A model generated the notes under the pieces. It saw only the letters and a program-made list of their open reading frames with translations. It had not been told where the DNA came from and ran no database searches. Shown here in pieces: positions 27,185 to 39,930 of a stretch of 64,000 bases of DNA. Position 1 is the stretch's first letter. Every line of letters begins with the position of its first letter. The stretch is from Eledone cirrhosa (Eukaryota). Made by a program: the position numbers and the translations under genes. Location of the stretch: assembly GCA_964016885.1 (NCBI GenBank), contig OZ024747.1, forward strand, positions 9,052,001 to 9,116,000. Reading direction: 5' to 3'.

Positions 27185-27611
27185 CAGTGGTTTCTAACCT
27201 TTTCACTCTCAATGAACCCTTTTATTTAATGAATGCTCCCTCACAGATCCCTACATTTCTCCCTTCTTAGTTTGCTGTACAGAGAGAATAACAATCAAAA
27301 GAGAGAGGTGTTTATACTTAGAAAAGAATAGACACTCTATAACATGAGTATATTATGTTTTTAACAAAGTACTTGGAATTATTAAACTGTTAAAATAACA
27401 ATCAAAAGAGAGAACTTTATATTTAGAGAAGAATGGATATACCCATGAGTGTGTTGAAGAATGGGTACCCATGAGTGTGTTGAAGAATGGATACCTATGA
27501 GTGTGTGTTGTTATGTTTTTAACAAAGTACTTGAAATTTGAACTTAGTTGACAGGCTCTTAGCACTTGTATGGACATCCAAGTGTGCATGAATCCAGGTT
27601 GTGGACCACTG
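27185..27611. mobile_element. hAT (Charlie-type) MITE
   Basis: CAGTGGT...ACCACTG termini; 8-bp TSD CTCTAGAG/CTCTAGAA (NTCTAGAN consensus). Confidence 0.8.
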
Positions 27612-27958
27612 CTCTAGAAAGACTTCTTCTGACAATCATAAAACAGACTACAAAACTTATCCATATTTTCTAGCTAGCTGGATATTCTGTTTTTATATTA
27701 TAACAGATAGTTTCACCCAGACATGGCTCTTTGGATAATCCAGTGTAAAGTCTATGATTCTACTTAACATGTATATTAAATATATTAAAAATTAATATAT
27801 GAAGATGGAATTATAGATCTTACCCCACATTACTGAAGAACTATGTCTCGTTGAAACTAATAGTTGTAAAAACAAAATATCCAGATATTAATAAAATACA
27901 TAGTACTCTGTAAATTAAGCATTGAGTTCTTTCTCTTTTGCTTAATATTACTCTTTAA

Positions 27959-28004
<46 letters not shown>

Positions 28005-28949
28005 GTAGGGAAAATGGTCATTATTTTAGATGTGTTATTAAAGACAGGAATATGTTTGAGTTTTAACTTTTTTATAACATTTTTCTCATATTGTCGTGTC
28101 TTTAATAATGCATTCATATATACACATTTTTTAAAAGACTGCTTAATTAAGGGGTTGTTTAAAATTCTGTTGAAGTGAGTTTAATTTTGGTTAGGTTTGG
28201 TTTGGCAATTGGACAGCATTGTGTTTGTGCCTCTATCATCTGACTTTTAATCTTGCCATTGAGTGAAAGTGTGGGTGAGTTTTATTCAAAGTTAGTATTC
28301 TCACACTCATATCATTTACTTAATTCTTTATTAAACCAGCATCCTCAAGTATAGCAAGCAATGTATCTATATTATACTGTACCCTAATCCATGTGTACCT
28401 CCCTTACCATATTTCTAATGAAAGACACCTGTGTTTCAAATAATTTGGAGGGATTTAGTAAAATAACTTTCTCATTCTTAATCTGGTGTTTGGAACAAAG
28501 TTTCTCCCATAAAATTCCTATTGTAAAACCAAGGGTATTAAAAAGGTCAAGGGTCATAGAAATAACATTAAACCCTTTTCATACCAAACCACCCCATGGT
28601 TCTGAAACAAAAGTGTTTGTTTTAAAATTTTATATTCACCTAAAAACCTATCAACATAATTTTATGTAAGAACTTTTGTTATGTTCTAAACATCAGCTTA
28701 ATAATCAGAAAGTCACTATTATTTCTAAATCCCTCCAAATTCTTGATTATTTTCAAAATTATTTGAAAATCATAGGCAGTGTTTTTCATTAGAAATATGA
28801 CAATGAAAGGGTCAAGTGAAAAGGACAACAGGCATTATGATCTTTTGGTTGCTGGTTCCCCAACCCATGACTTTATATAAATGACTTGTAAGTGGAATTC
28901 ATATGAAGATTTTGCAGTCATAGGATTTCTCTTGATAAAGCCTGCATGT

Positions 28950-29795
28950 GAGTGGAGTTACACTGAAGGGGTTGGAGAGGTTCAAGTATCTGGAGGCTGT
29001 TTTCACAAGTGATGGAAAGCGGGAAGTTGCATTAAATGCAAGAATTGCTGGAACCAAAGCAATAATGAGCTAGCTTCAGCACTCAGTCATTAGAAGAAGG
29101 GAGAAAGGTGTAAAGGCCAAACTCGTTATCTTCAATTCAGCATTTGTGCCTACTTTTACCTATGGTCATGAATCTACAGTAATGACTGAAAGAATATGAT
29201 TCTGTATACAAGTGGCCTAAATAGAATCTTTGGAATAACGTTACTCAATAGGTTGCATAGCTCAGAGATCAACAAGTTACTCTAGATTAGTGGTTCCCAA
29301 ACTGTTTTTACTCACAGCACATTTTTGAAATAGCAAAAATATGCTGCCGCACTTTGTACCATAAATTCGAACAGTTATTCAAAAAGTTAAAAGATTCTAG
29401 GTCCATTTTTCACAAATCTTGTTACTCAACTTTACTTGTTGCCACCATTTTGACAGCTATATTTGAAATTTCATATTAATTTCAGTTTGTATTTTTCACA
29501 TCTTAAAACTTAAACTTAATCTTGGGAACCAATGCTCTAGACACTACGAATATGTGGTTATAATGTCTAAGGAAAAAAATTAGTAGACACATTTTACAGG
29601 CAAAACCAACTGTCAGAAGACCCAGGGGCAGACCATGAGCAAGATGGTTGGATAACATCCATAAGCTTGGTTAATCTCATATGGGAATCCATCCGGATCA
29701 TTTGAAGACAGTTGCTTCTGATAGGACCCTCACGAAGGCGTGTCTGAGAACTCTGCCCCCCCATGATCCTCTCAGGAATAAGTGGGCAAAGAAGG
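28950..29795 (+). mobile_element. RTE (Expander/Rex3-like) LINE 3' part, interrupted by a hAT MITE; related 3' ends at ~15170-15285 (+) and ~40735-40860 (-)
   Basis: ERFKYL..FTSDGK, KAKLVIFNSAFVPTFTYGHES, RRPRGRP; shared CAGGAATAAGTGGGC-AAGAAG end. Confidence 0.8.
29288..29534. mobile_element. hAT (Charlie-type) MITE inside the RTE fragment
   Basis: TAGTGGTTCCCAA...TTGGGAACCAATG termini; TSD CTCTAGAT/CTCTAGAC. Confidence 0.8.
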
Positions 29796-30769
29796 GTATA
29801 TATAATATATATATAACGGAGAACTGGGGGACCCCTATTATCAAAACATGCATGAAACCTATTATGAGATATAACCTTATACTATGACAATAAGTTGGCT
29901 TCATGCACAAATAAGTTTGTGGAAGGTGTGAGTTTTATCCTGGTTTTCATGTTGAAGTCAATTGTAAATTATATATAATAAATAAACCCAACACATCTGC
30001 CTTTTTGAAACCAGCATTCTGTCTTAACTTTTAACATTCTGTACTGCATGGAACCACATTAGCAAAGCATCCTTGAATGTACAAAACAGCACTATAACAG
30101 CATCACATTAAATATTAAATTCTTTACTCTATCTAATACTGCAAATTTTCGCAATGATTTGTCCTGTAATAAAAATAATATAAAGATTTGAATTAACAAC
30201 CCTGTTTTTAGATGTTTTCTGCTAAAGCATAATTTTGAGAAAAAAAGACAGCATCACACTGAAAATTAAAGTTTTTACTCTAATATTGCTAATTTTTACA
30301 AGAATCTGTCTAGATTATATTAAAATTTGAATCGACAGTTCACATGAAACTGCAGTAGGAAAATGTTCATGAAAAGTCCAAAACAGTACTATGATTATCA
30401 CATTAAAAATAGAAGTCTTTATACTGCAACAGTCTGTCCACTAGTAAATTTACTATAAACATTTGAATTGATATACCTATTAGATATTTTCTGCTAAATC
30501 TTTACAGGATGTTAAGAGTTAAGACGAAATGACCAGTTTCTCTTCCCCCTTTCCTCCTCCTTTCCCCCAAATACAGTAATATTTCCTTCTTTGACAATCA
30601 GTTTGCTGTGCTTTCAATAGTGTTTCACACCCAATACCCTGAAAATATGTTTGTTATGATATCTTTATGTATTAACAGTTTCTATAATATGTAAACCTGA
30701 ACAAAGTGAATGATTGATTATTGATCCTAGCTATTACTATCATTATTAATACTATTATTGTTGTTGTTG

Positions 30770-33700
30770 AAGGTGATGGATTGGCAGGATTGGTAAAGTA
30801 TTGGACAAAATTCCTTTGTGGTTATTTGTTCCAGCTCTTTACATTCTGAGTTCAAATCCCATCAAAGTCAACTTTGCCTTTCATCCTTATGGGGTTGATA
30901 AAATATAATACTAGTCAAGCACTATATTTGATTTCCCCTCACCACAAAGTTACTGGCTTTGTACCTAAATTGGAAGTCATTAATATTATTAATATTATTA
31001 TTATTATCATCCTTATGTATTTTCTAATTTGGGCAGTGGACTGTCGGACAAAATGTTTAGCAGCATTTAGTCATGACTGTATGCTCTGAGGTTAACTTTG
31101 CCTTTCATCCTTCTGGGGTCAATAAAATAAAGACCAGTTAATTACTGGTGATGATATACTCGACCCCCCCCCCCCCCCCCCCCCCAATTGCTGGCCTTGT
31201 GCTTATGTTAAAAACAATTATTATATCTATTATCATCATTATTATTATTGTTGTTGTTATCATTATGGTCATTATTGGACACAGCCTGGCCAATTGGTTA
31301 AGAGGTTCACTTTGCAATCATTAGGTCTCGGGTTTGATCCCCCTGCATGACATCTTGGGCAAATGTCATTTACCACAGCTCTGAGTTGATACAAGCCCTT
31401 ATACTATGACAATAAGTTGGCTTCATCATCATCATCATCGTATTAAGCCCATTTTCCATGTTATGGGTTCGACAGGTTATCATGGTTTGAGACTAGATGA
31501 ATAAGAGAGATCTCGCCTTTTTCATGTGTTTCATATTTGGTATGGTTTCTGTGACCAAATGCCCTTTACAGACTGTATTGAGTGCATTTTATCATGGCAC
31601 CAGCACTATGATTTTTACAGAGTGTATTATATGCATTTTATTGTGGCACCAGTACTAACATTTTACAGAGTAGACTGTGTATTTTTATCGTGGCATCAGT
31701 AACCCACTTTACAGAGTGGGCTGGAGCTATTTTATGTGTATATATATTTTGAATTGAGATTCTGTAGGCCAGTCAATAAGTTACATACTGTTTTTTCACA
31801 TATTTTCATGGGAAAAGGTGTGGCTTATACACAAGTATATACAGGTCTGTGAATATATATATAATATTTGAGTCTGTATCTGTTTTGCTATCAATCTCCT
31901 CTGTGCTTTTCTCCGACTAAAAACCATTGTTGTGATTAAAAGGGTGGTAGGTAGGTAGTATATGTAGCGAGTCGGATGAAATGTTTTAGGACATTTGGTT
32001 TAAGATTTTCTATGTACTGACTTCTGCCAAGGTCAACTTTGCCTTTAATCCTTCCAGGGTCTATAAAATAAAGTACCCAGATTGCTGGTCATGTGCCAAT
32101 GTTAGAAACATTTATGATTATTACTTTATATACTGAGTTCAAATCATGACGAAGTCAGCTTTGCCTTTCATACTTCCAGGGTCCATAAGATAAAGTACCA
32201 GTCAAATACCGGGGTCCGTATAACTGACTTTCCCTTTTCCCCATATTGCTGGCCTTGTGCAAATGTTAGAAATAATTACGATTATTATTACTTACAGCAA
32301 TTTACAATCTGAGTCCAAATCATGTTGATAAATAAAATAAAGTACCAGTCACGTACTGGGGTCTATATAATTGACAGTTCCACTTCCTCATATTGCTGGC
32401 CTTGCGGTTAAATTTGAAACAATTATTTGTGAAAAGAGCAATGGATGGCCAAAGTCAATATTTAGTTAAATCTCTTTACATTCTGAGTTCAAACTCTTCT
32501 GTGGTTAACTTGTCTTCCATCTGGGGTTAATAAACTAAAATAAAATATGTACCAGCCAAATACCGCAGTCAATCTCATCAAATATACCCCCCCCCCCCAC
32601 CTAATTTGTGGCCTTGTGCTTATTTTATAAATTATTATTGTTATTATTATTCAGCATTTCAGGGCATTATTAGATTTTTGTACAAATGCTTAGTAGTAAT
32701 TGTTCTGAGTTCAAATCCCACCAAGGTCAACTTTGCCTTTGATCCTTCTAGAGTCGATAAAATAACCAGTAAAATACTGGAGTCGACTTTCCCCTCCCCC
32801 ACAAATTGCTGACCTTGTGCCTAAATTAGAAATCATTATTATTATTATTGTCACTACTGGAAATTACAATGGCTGGCAAGATTGGTAGAATACTAGACAA
32901 AATGCCTTGCAGTATTTATTTTCATTTATTTACATTCTGAGTTGAAATCCTGGTCTTTTTAAATCTGCCTTTCATGCTTTGGGGGTTGATTAAATAAATA
33001 CCAGCTGCTGTGTTATCAAACCTCTCTCTCTCTCCTTCACTCATCCAAATTATCTGGTGTAGTGCCTCTATTGTTGTTATTACTGGCATCAATTTAATTT
33101 ATTGCCCCATCTCCTTGACTACTCCCTAAAAAAATGTGTGGCCTTGTGCTTAAGTCAGAAATTATTATTATTATTACTATCTTTGTCTTACCCCTGTACA
33201 TTCTCAGTTCAATTCCTGCCATGATCAACTTTGCATTTCATTCTTCCGTAGGTCAATAAAATAAGTACCAGTTAAGAACTGGGCTTTATTTAATTGATTG
33301 TGCCTTTCCCCAATATTTGTAGCCTTGTGCCAATGCTAGAAATTATTATTATTATTATTATTGCCGCTGCTGCTGCTGTTATTGTATCATCTCTCTATGT
33401 TATGAGTTTAAATCTTGCCGGAATTATCTTTGCCTTTAAACCCTCCAGGATTGACTGAACAGGCACCAGTAATATCCTGAGACCTTCATTAAATCAGCTA
33501 CACTTCCTCGCTTACAACAATTATCGACCTAGTGCTAGCATGAGAAATCATTTAATTTTTATTATTAGGGCAGTGAATTAGCAAAAACTGTAGAATGTTG
33601 TCTCTGAGACGAAGTGAGAGTGTGTTTGAATATATATAAAAATGAGAAAACTCATCGCTAGAACAGCCATTAACGCAACTAAATGCATTTAGCTGTTTTA

Positions 33701-34125
33701 ATAGCTGTTCTAGGGATGAGTTTTCTTGTTATTATATGACTTAAGATAGTTATATTCTGAGTTCAAATCCTTCCAGGATCAGGTTTGCTTTCCATCCTTC
33801 TGAAGTTGATAAGAGCCAGTTGAGCACTGGAATCAATTGAACTGACTCTATCCCTCACTCAAAATATGAGGCATTCTGCCTTATTATTATTAATTGCAGT
33901 AGAAGGGCAGTGGATTGGCAGTATTGTTAGAACATCAGACAAAGTGCTTTGCGGCATTTAGTTGTGGCTTCTTACATTCTGAGATCAAATCCTGTTGAGG
34001 TCAACTTTGTCTTTCATCCTTCTGGGATCGTTAAAATAAAGCACTGGTCAAATACTGGGGTCAATTTAATTAACTATCTCCTTCCCAAATTGCTGGCCTG
34101 TGCCTAAATTAGAAAACAGTATTAT
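30770..34125 (+). mobile_element. Dense cluster of roughly a dozen decayed, co-oriented SINE copies
   Basis: Repeated TCTGAGTTCAAATCC / AACTTTGCCTTTCATCC / GGCCTTGTGC motifs separated by (ATT)n. Confidence 0.85.
33634..33737. repeat. ~100-bp palindromic element
   Basis: AGAAAACTCATC.CTAGAACAGC...CTAAATGCATTTAG...GCTGTTCTAG.GATGAGTTTTCT. Confidence 0.85.
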
Positions 34126-36469
34126 TAAATGCAATTTTTCATTATAAATAACAGCTTCATCATCTTTTTAATTCTTAAAGAAATCTGTTTGTGAAACTAT
34201 AGTGTAAAATTTCTGCCTAATTTTAACACCACTACCTTGCTTTTGGGTGCTTTTAGCATAGTCTACTCTTTGTTGCAAACACTCAGACTAGGTCTCTGGT
34301 TTGAGGACACCATCCTCTCACCAGTGTTGGCAGCTTTGAAAAGCATTAAGGACATTGCCCTTCACTCCCTTACGAAACAGAAAAAAAACAAAAAATGTGA
34401 CCTGTGTGATGTGAATCATTGAACTGTTTGGTTGAAGTATGGTTTGTACTTCTAGTTCATTAATGTACTGTTTCCTTTCTCTATCTGTTTTATTGCTAAT
34501 ACAATAAATTGTGGATGTAGCATGGATGAATGGTTAACTTCACAATCATCAGGTTCCTGGTATCTTGGGCAAGTGTCATTATTTACCATAGCCTTGGGTT
34601 GATCCAAGCCTTGTGAGTGAAATTGAGTAGACAGGAACTGATTGGAAGCCCATTAGATAAACTGTACCTATAATTTAAAGGGCCAGTCATGTCACACACA
34701 GTGTCACACTGAATCTTCATGAGGATTACATTAAAAGTATGTGTGTCTGTGAAATACTCAACCACTTACACATTAATTTAATAAGTAGCTGGTTCTGTTG
34801 ATTTAACAACTAGAACACTTATTGTTGTAGTCAATAGAGGAATTTACATCTCTTTTCTCCAATGTCTTTTGTTATACTAAACTAATTAGTGGCATACTCT
34901 CTCCACCCTGTCCCATCTGACACACAGGCAGGCACACACACATGTCTATCATCTTCTCATGTTACCTTTTACTGTCTCACCACCCTGGCCTTACACAAAG
35001 CATCTTCTTTGATCCTTCTGCCTCCAGGGCATCACTCCATTACAATTTCCTCCTCTCCTATGAACATAGACATCAACATACATATAATCAAATGAGCTAA
35101 ATTTAGACTGCATTAATTCTAACCAGTATTAACACAAACAGACAAAGCCTTAACCCTTACATTGCCATATTTCTAATGAAAGATGCTGCCTATGATTTTC
35201 AATAAATTTTGAAAATAATCAAGAATTTGGAAGGATTTAATAATATAACTAACTTTATCATTATTGTGTTGGTGTTTGGAAGATAACAAAGGTTCTTACA
35301 TAATATGATGGAAGATTTTTACATAAACATAAATATTTAAAAATAAACAGCATTGTATCATAGAATCAGGAATGGTTTGGTAAAAGCAGCCCAAGCATAT
35401 GTCACATATCAAGTTGGCCCTTTGATATATTATCTAAGAAAGCAAAAACAGTCCACTGAGCATTGCCTGTATGATCAGTCTAGCAGTCTGTCTCTGAGTA
35501 TCGGAGAGCCTGCAAAAAGTCATGAGAGTATACCACCCTTTAAAACAGAAACAAGAAGGTCTCATAGGGGTTATAAAAGGTCATGTTCAGTGAGAAACTC
35601 CTCCCCTCCCTTGGTCAATACTGGGAGAAATTTCTATAACTTGCTCTTGTCCCCTTTTTGATTACGTTTTTAATGATACCTTCAGCTATTATTTGTGGTT
35701 TTGTTTATATCAACAGATATCACATGGTCAAAGACATTACAGCCATGACCATCCCATTTTTTTTTATGTTTCTTTCTTTTGTTTTTTGTCAGATGGAAGG
35801 GTAGGGTGTGATATGTGAGAGACTTGGATGAAATTCATAGCAGGATTGTTAGAATGTCAGACAAAATGCCTTGTATTTCTTACAACTCTCTACATTTGCC
35901 TTTTGTCCTTTGAAGGAGGGAAGGTGGGGAGGGTTGATTAACAGCATCAGTCCAATGGTGGTGGATCAGAGGAATTGTTAGAGATTCTGGTGAGATGTCT
36001 TGCTGTGTTTCTTCCAACTCTCTACATTTTCAATCCAAGTCCTGGGGTGGTCTAATTAGGTGGGTTGACATAATCTGTTACCTGGTTTAACACCACCTCC
36101 ACCTAGGCCTTAGGTATCTTTAGTGGAGTCTGTCCTGTTGCAAGCATTCAAACAGGTCTAAAGATATCTACCTCCCCCTCCCCCTCACTAGTCCCAAAGG
36201 CCCTGAAAGGATCATGGGCACTACCTTTCCCTCCCTGACTAAACAATAAAAAAAATAAGAGGTTGAGTAACAATACAAAGACTTCCTTTCCTTGTTGGCC
36301 GTTTCTTTACTTTTTCCAGAGGAGTGAACTGATATGAACGCCTTTGTAAATTATAATTTTTAAATGTTTTTATTTGTCTATTTGTTTTTTAAGAATTCAT
36401 GTTTTCTGAACTCTCAATTGCCTTCACTACCCATGTTCCACTCTTTGTTGACATTGCTAGTAATTCTCC

Positions 36470-37050
36470 TCAACACTACTTCGACAAGTACAGTGAAGTC
36501 TACGCTTCACTGAAGAAGTCTAATAAGACTGAAACATGTCTGAAGTTGTCTCTCTTACTTGGCAAAAATGATTAAATAGTTATTGAGCTGATGTTGTTTC
36601 TTCACCGCATAATTATTTTTAATTAGATTTTTTATGCTCACTACATTAAATATGTTAATACTAACTAACTTAACTATTGTTTTTCATGCAGATGGTCACT
36701 CTGAGTAAGTCACCTCAGTGATTTATTTTTTTAAATATGCAATTATTTTTTTTTCATATCTACTTGTGTGCAATATTGAACATGTACTTGGTGATTCACT
36801 CATTGCTACTTCAGCAAGTACTGTGAAGTTTGAGAAGGTAGAATAAGACTGGAAAATGTCTGGAGTTGTCTCCCATGCTTGCCCAAATAATTAAAATATT
36901 AGTCACTGAGCTGATGTTGTCTTTTCCTCAACACAGAATTATTTCTAATTAGATTTATGATGTTCACTACATTTGATATGTTGACACTAACTTAACTATT
37001 GTTTTGTTTTTTTCATGCAGATAGCATGTCTGAGTAATTAACTTAACTGG
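36470..37050 (+). repeat. Diverged tandem duplication, ~320-330 bp period, containing the hammerhead
   Basis: Matching anchors: CAAGTA 36485/36815, AATAAGACTG ~36522/36842, TGAGCTGATGTTGT in both copies, TTTTTCATGCAGAT with the AG at 36691/37020. Confidence 0.85.
36505..36545 (+). ncRNA. Minimal type I hammerhead ribozyme motif
   Basis: CTTCA-CTGAAGA-AGTCT(aata)AGACT-GAAACATGTC-TGAAG: stem I, full core, stem II, palindromic stem III (ACATGT), GUC triplet. Confidence 0.85.
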
Positions 37051-37149
37051 TTTACTGTATCATTCAGTTCATATTATTCTATCAGACAGACACACACACA
37101 CACACACACACATTGATTTTCATATTTACACAAATAGATGGATAAATTC

Positions 37150-37428
37150 TTATGTTTATACATGAGAGGAGACTGAGGTGGTATGGACATGTGATGCGCA
37201 TGGAGGATGACCGATGGGTGAAGAAGTGCCAGGAAATGCCAGTTGAAGGAAGACGTGGTAGAGGTAGACCACGAAAAACATGGGCGGAGGTGGTGAGAAC
37301 AGACCTCAGATCATTGAAGCTCACGGTGGAGATGACGAGGGACCGTGACGAGTGGAGAGATGCTGTGCTGAATAAGACCCGTCCCACCCTTGCAAGCAGG
37401 CAAAAGCGGACATAAAATGATGATGATG
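37150..37428 (+). mobile_element. RTE LINE 3' end, 5'-truncated and fairly young
   Basis: RRLRWYGHVMRM...GRRGRGRPRKTW...DRDEWR with an (ATG)n tail. Confidence 0.9.
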
Positions 37429-37886
37429 TTGACATGTATATATACATGCAGACGTGTTTATATATTATATATGTGTATACACACTTTTACACGTTCACAT
37501 GTGTATATATGCATTCAGATGTGTATACATATTTACATATGTGTATACACACTTATACACATCATGCATTGTATCACATTGATCTGTGCCATGTGTATAT
37601 CACAGAGGCTCTGCACATATACATACATTCTGATATGTTCAAACACACATATGTATGTGTGTGTTTACGGTTGTTTGGGGAAAGTAGGTACAATGTAATT
37701 AGAAATACAAGAGCGAAAACTAGAGTTGAATAAAGTAAAACATAACAGGTTTACAGTTTTACCTTATATTTTATGTTATTTCAAAGATAGGACACCTTTT
37801 TCAAAAGGAAAGAAATGGAATTTCTTAAGAAATTGGGTCCGAGGATCTGTGTCATGCACAGACTGTGGTCACAATAGTCTGTTGGG

Positions 37887-38010
37887 TTAATGTAGCTCAT
37901 ACCTACTGTTTAGGATTGGGCTCATTCTATTGATGAGAATAGCCTCTATGATATGCAGATCTCTCATGTTTTGTTTGGTGGCCCTTATGGGGACTTTGAT
38001 ATCTTGAGTG
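37887..38010 (-). mobile_element. Penelope-like element remnant (GIY-YIG endonuclease C-terminus)
   Basis: Minus strand translates KQNMRDLHIIEAILINRMSPILNSRYELH*, matching the LxIxEAxxIxxxxPxLN end of PLE GIY-YIG domains. Confidence 0.7.
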
Positions 38011-38143
38011 TCACATTCTCACACGTGTTTTTTTTAACCGAAAAAGCATTTGTGTCACTGAAATCAACAGCAGCTGTGAGATTAAACTTGTAACAGGTTG
38101 GTATCTCAACCAAGGGAAGTCTTGTTCTCTTAGTAGTCACTTA

Positions 38144-38183
<40 letters not shown>

Positions 38184-38384
38184 AAGAATCAAAGAACTGT
38201 TCAAAACATTTTTATGCTTACAACTGTTTCCTCCAAATCATCTGATGTTTTTACATTGAGCTACTTAACTTACTGGTAATAAGGTAGTAATATATTACTG
38301 CCTACCACTATTTAGGGTTTGTATAAAAATATATATAACTGCAAAAAGTTTTTGTATTTACATAACCATAAATAGTATAATTAA

Positions 38385-38427
<43 letters not shown>

Positions 38428-38769
38428 AGGTATGTTCAATAAGTAATGAGAAAATATCAGGAAAGCCATGAAGTAACATTCTAATTGTATGGTATTTAAT
38501 GCCTCTCCTGGTATTAGTTGTATGCCTTCAAACATTTTAAGTTCTGTAGGTCTTTCTGGTCAAGACAGTAATTCTCCATTATTAGAGCTTATATATTTGT
38601 CCTGTACTGCCTCATCATGAATTATATACATACATATATATATATATAACCCATGCTAGGGTGGAAAGTGGACGTTAAACGTTGATGATGATATACATGT
38701 GTGTGTGTATGTATTTGGAAGAAATGCATCTGAAATGATAGTAACACACTTGCCCTCACCAAAACTAAA

Positions 38770-39930
38770 AAGAAAGAAGCATGGAAGTGCTATTATAAGC
38801 AGCAGGATCTTCTGGTATAGTCATTAAGATGCTGAAAGTATCTGGTAAGATGAGACATTCGCTAACTATGTGTAATACAGGATGGTGCCATACCTAATAA
38901 CTGGCTTAAAAGCAACATTGTCAATTGCTACAAGGGCAAAAGAGATGCACTTGACAGAGGAAACTATAGAGGCATCAAGTTGATGGACTAGGACATGACA
39001 GTTACAGAAAGAGTTATTGCACAAGTAATTAGGGATAAGACGAGGTGCAGTTTGGCTTTGTGCCCAGCAAAGGTAGATCCTAGCTAAGAGTAAGTCCATC
39101 TAACTAGCATTTGTTGATCTGGGTTCCCTACTCCATAATCTGGTGGGATCTTATAAAACTAGGAATAGAGGAATGGCTTTTCAGCAATGAATATAGTGAT
39201 GACTTCAGAGTGTATGTTGAGGTTCACCAGGGCTCTATCTTCAGACCCCCTCCTGTTTATTATTGTCCTCCCAGCCATAACAGAGGAGTCTAAAACTAAC
39301 TGTTCATGTGAACTCCTATATGTAGATGATCTAGTCCTGAAAACTGAAACGGGCAGAACCAGAGAAGATCCAAACATGGAAGCAAAACCTAGAATCAAAA
39401 GGCCCCAGAGTCAACTTAGCAAAAAAAGAAAAGAAACAAACAAGGCTATGATTCCCTCATGAAAATGGCCTTGCTTGGTATGCAGGAAAGGTGTAGGCAG
39501 AAATTCTATGTACAAAATGCACGCTATGGGTACACAAGAGATAAAATGGCATCTCAGGCTGGCTAGCAAAGAATGTAGACTTTGTATGTTGCAGATAAAT
39601 AGGAGCAGTAAGCAGCAATGGGGGCACAAAGGAAACAATGGCTCTCTAGAAGTAGTTGACATCTGCCATCTGGAGGACCAAATTAACAGTGGGGGTAGGT
39701 GTTCTGAAACTATAGTAGTCAGAGTGAGGACCAGTTCAAAAATGTTCAGGGAGCTACTACCACTGCTGACTAATAAGTGTCTCTCCTTCAAAGTGAAAAG
39801 CAGATTGTATGATGCTTGTGTCCAAACAGCAATGCTGGATGGAGGTGAGGCTTGGGCTTTGTGTGAAGAAGATCTACGAAGATTGGAAAGAAATGAGGTG
39901 AGCATGCTTTGATAGATCTGTAACAATAGT
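38770..39930 (+). mobile_element. Decayed RTE LINE RT region
   Basis: VHQGS, PLLFIIVL, ELLYVDDLVL, RLYDACVQTAMLDGGEAW. Confidence 0.85.
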
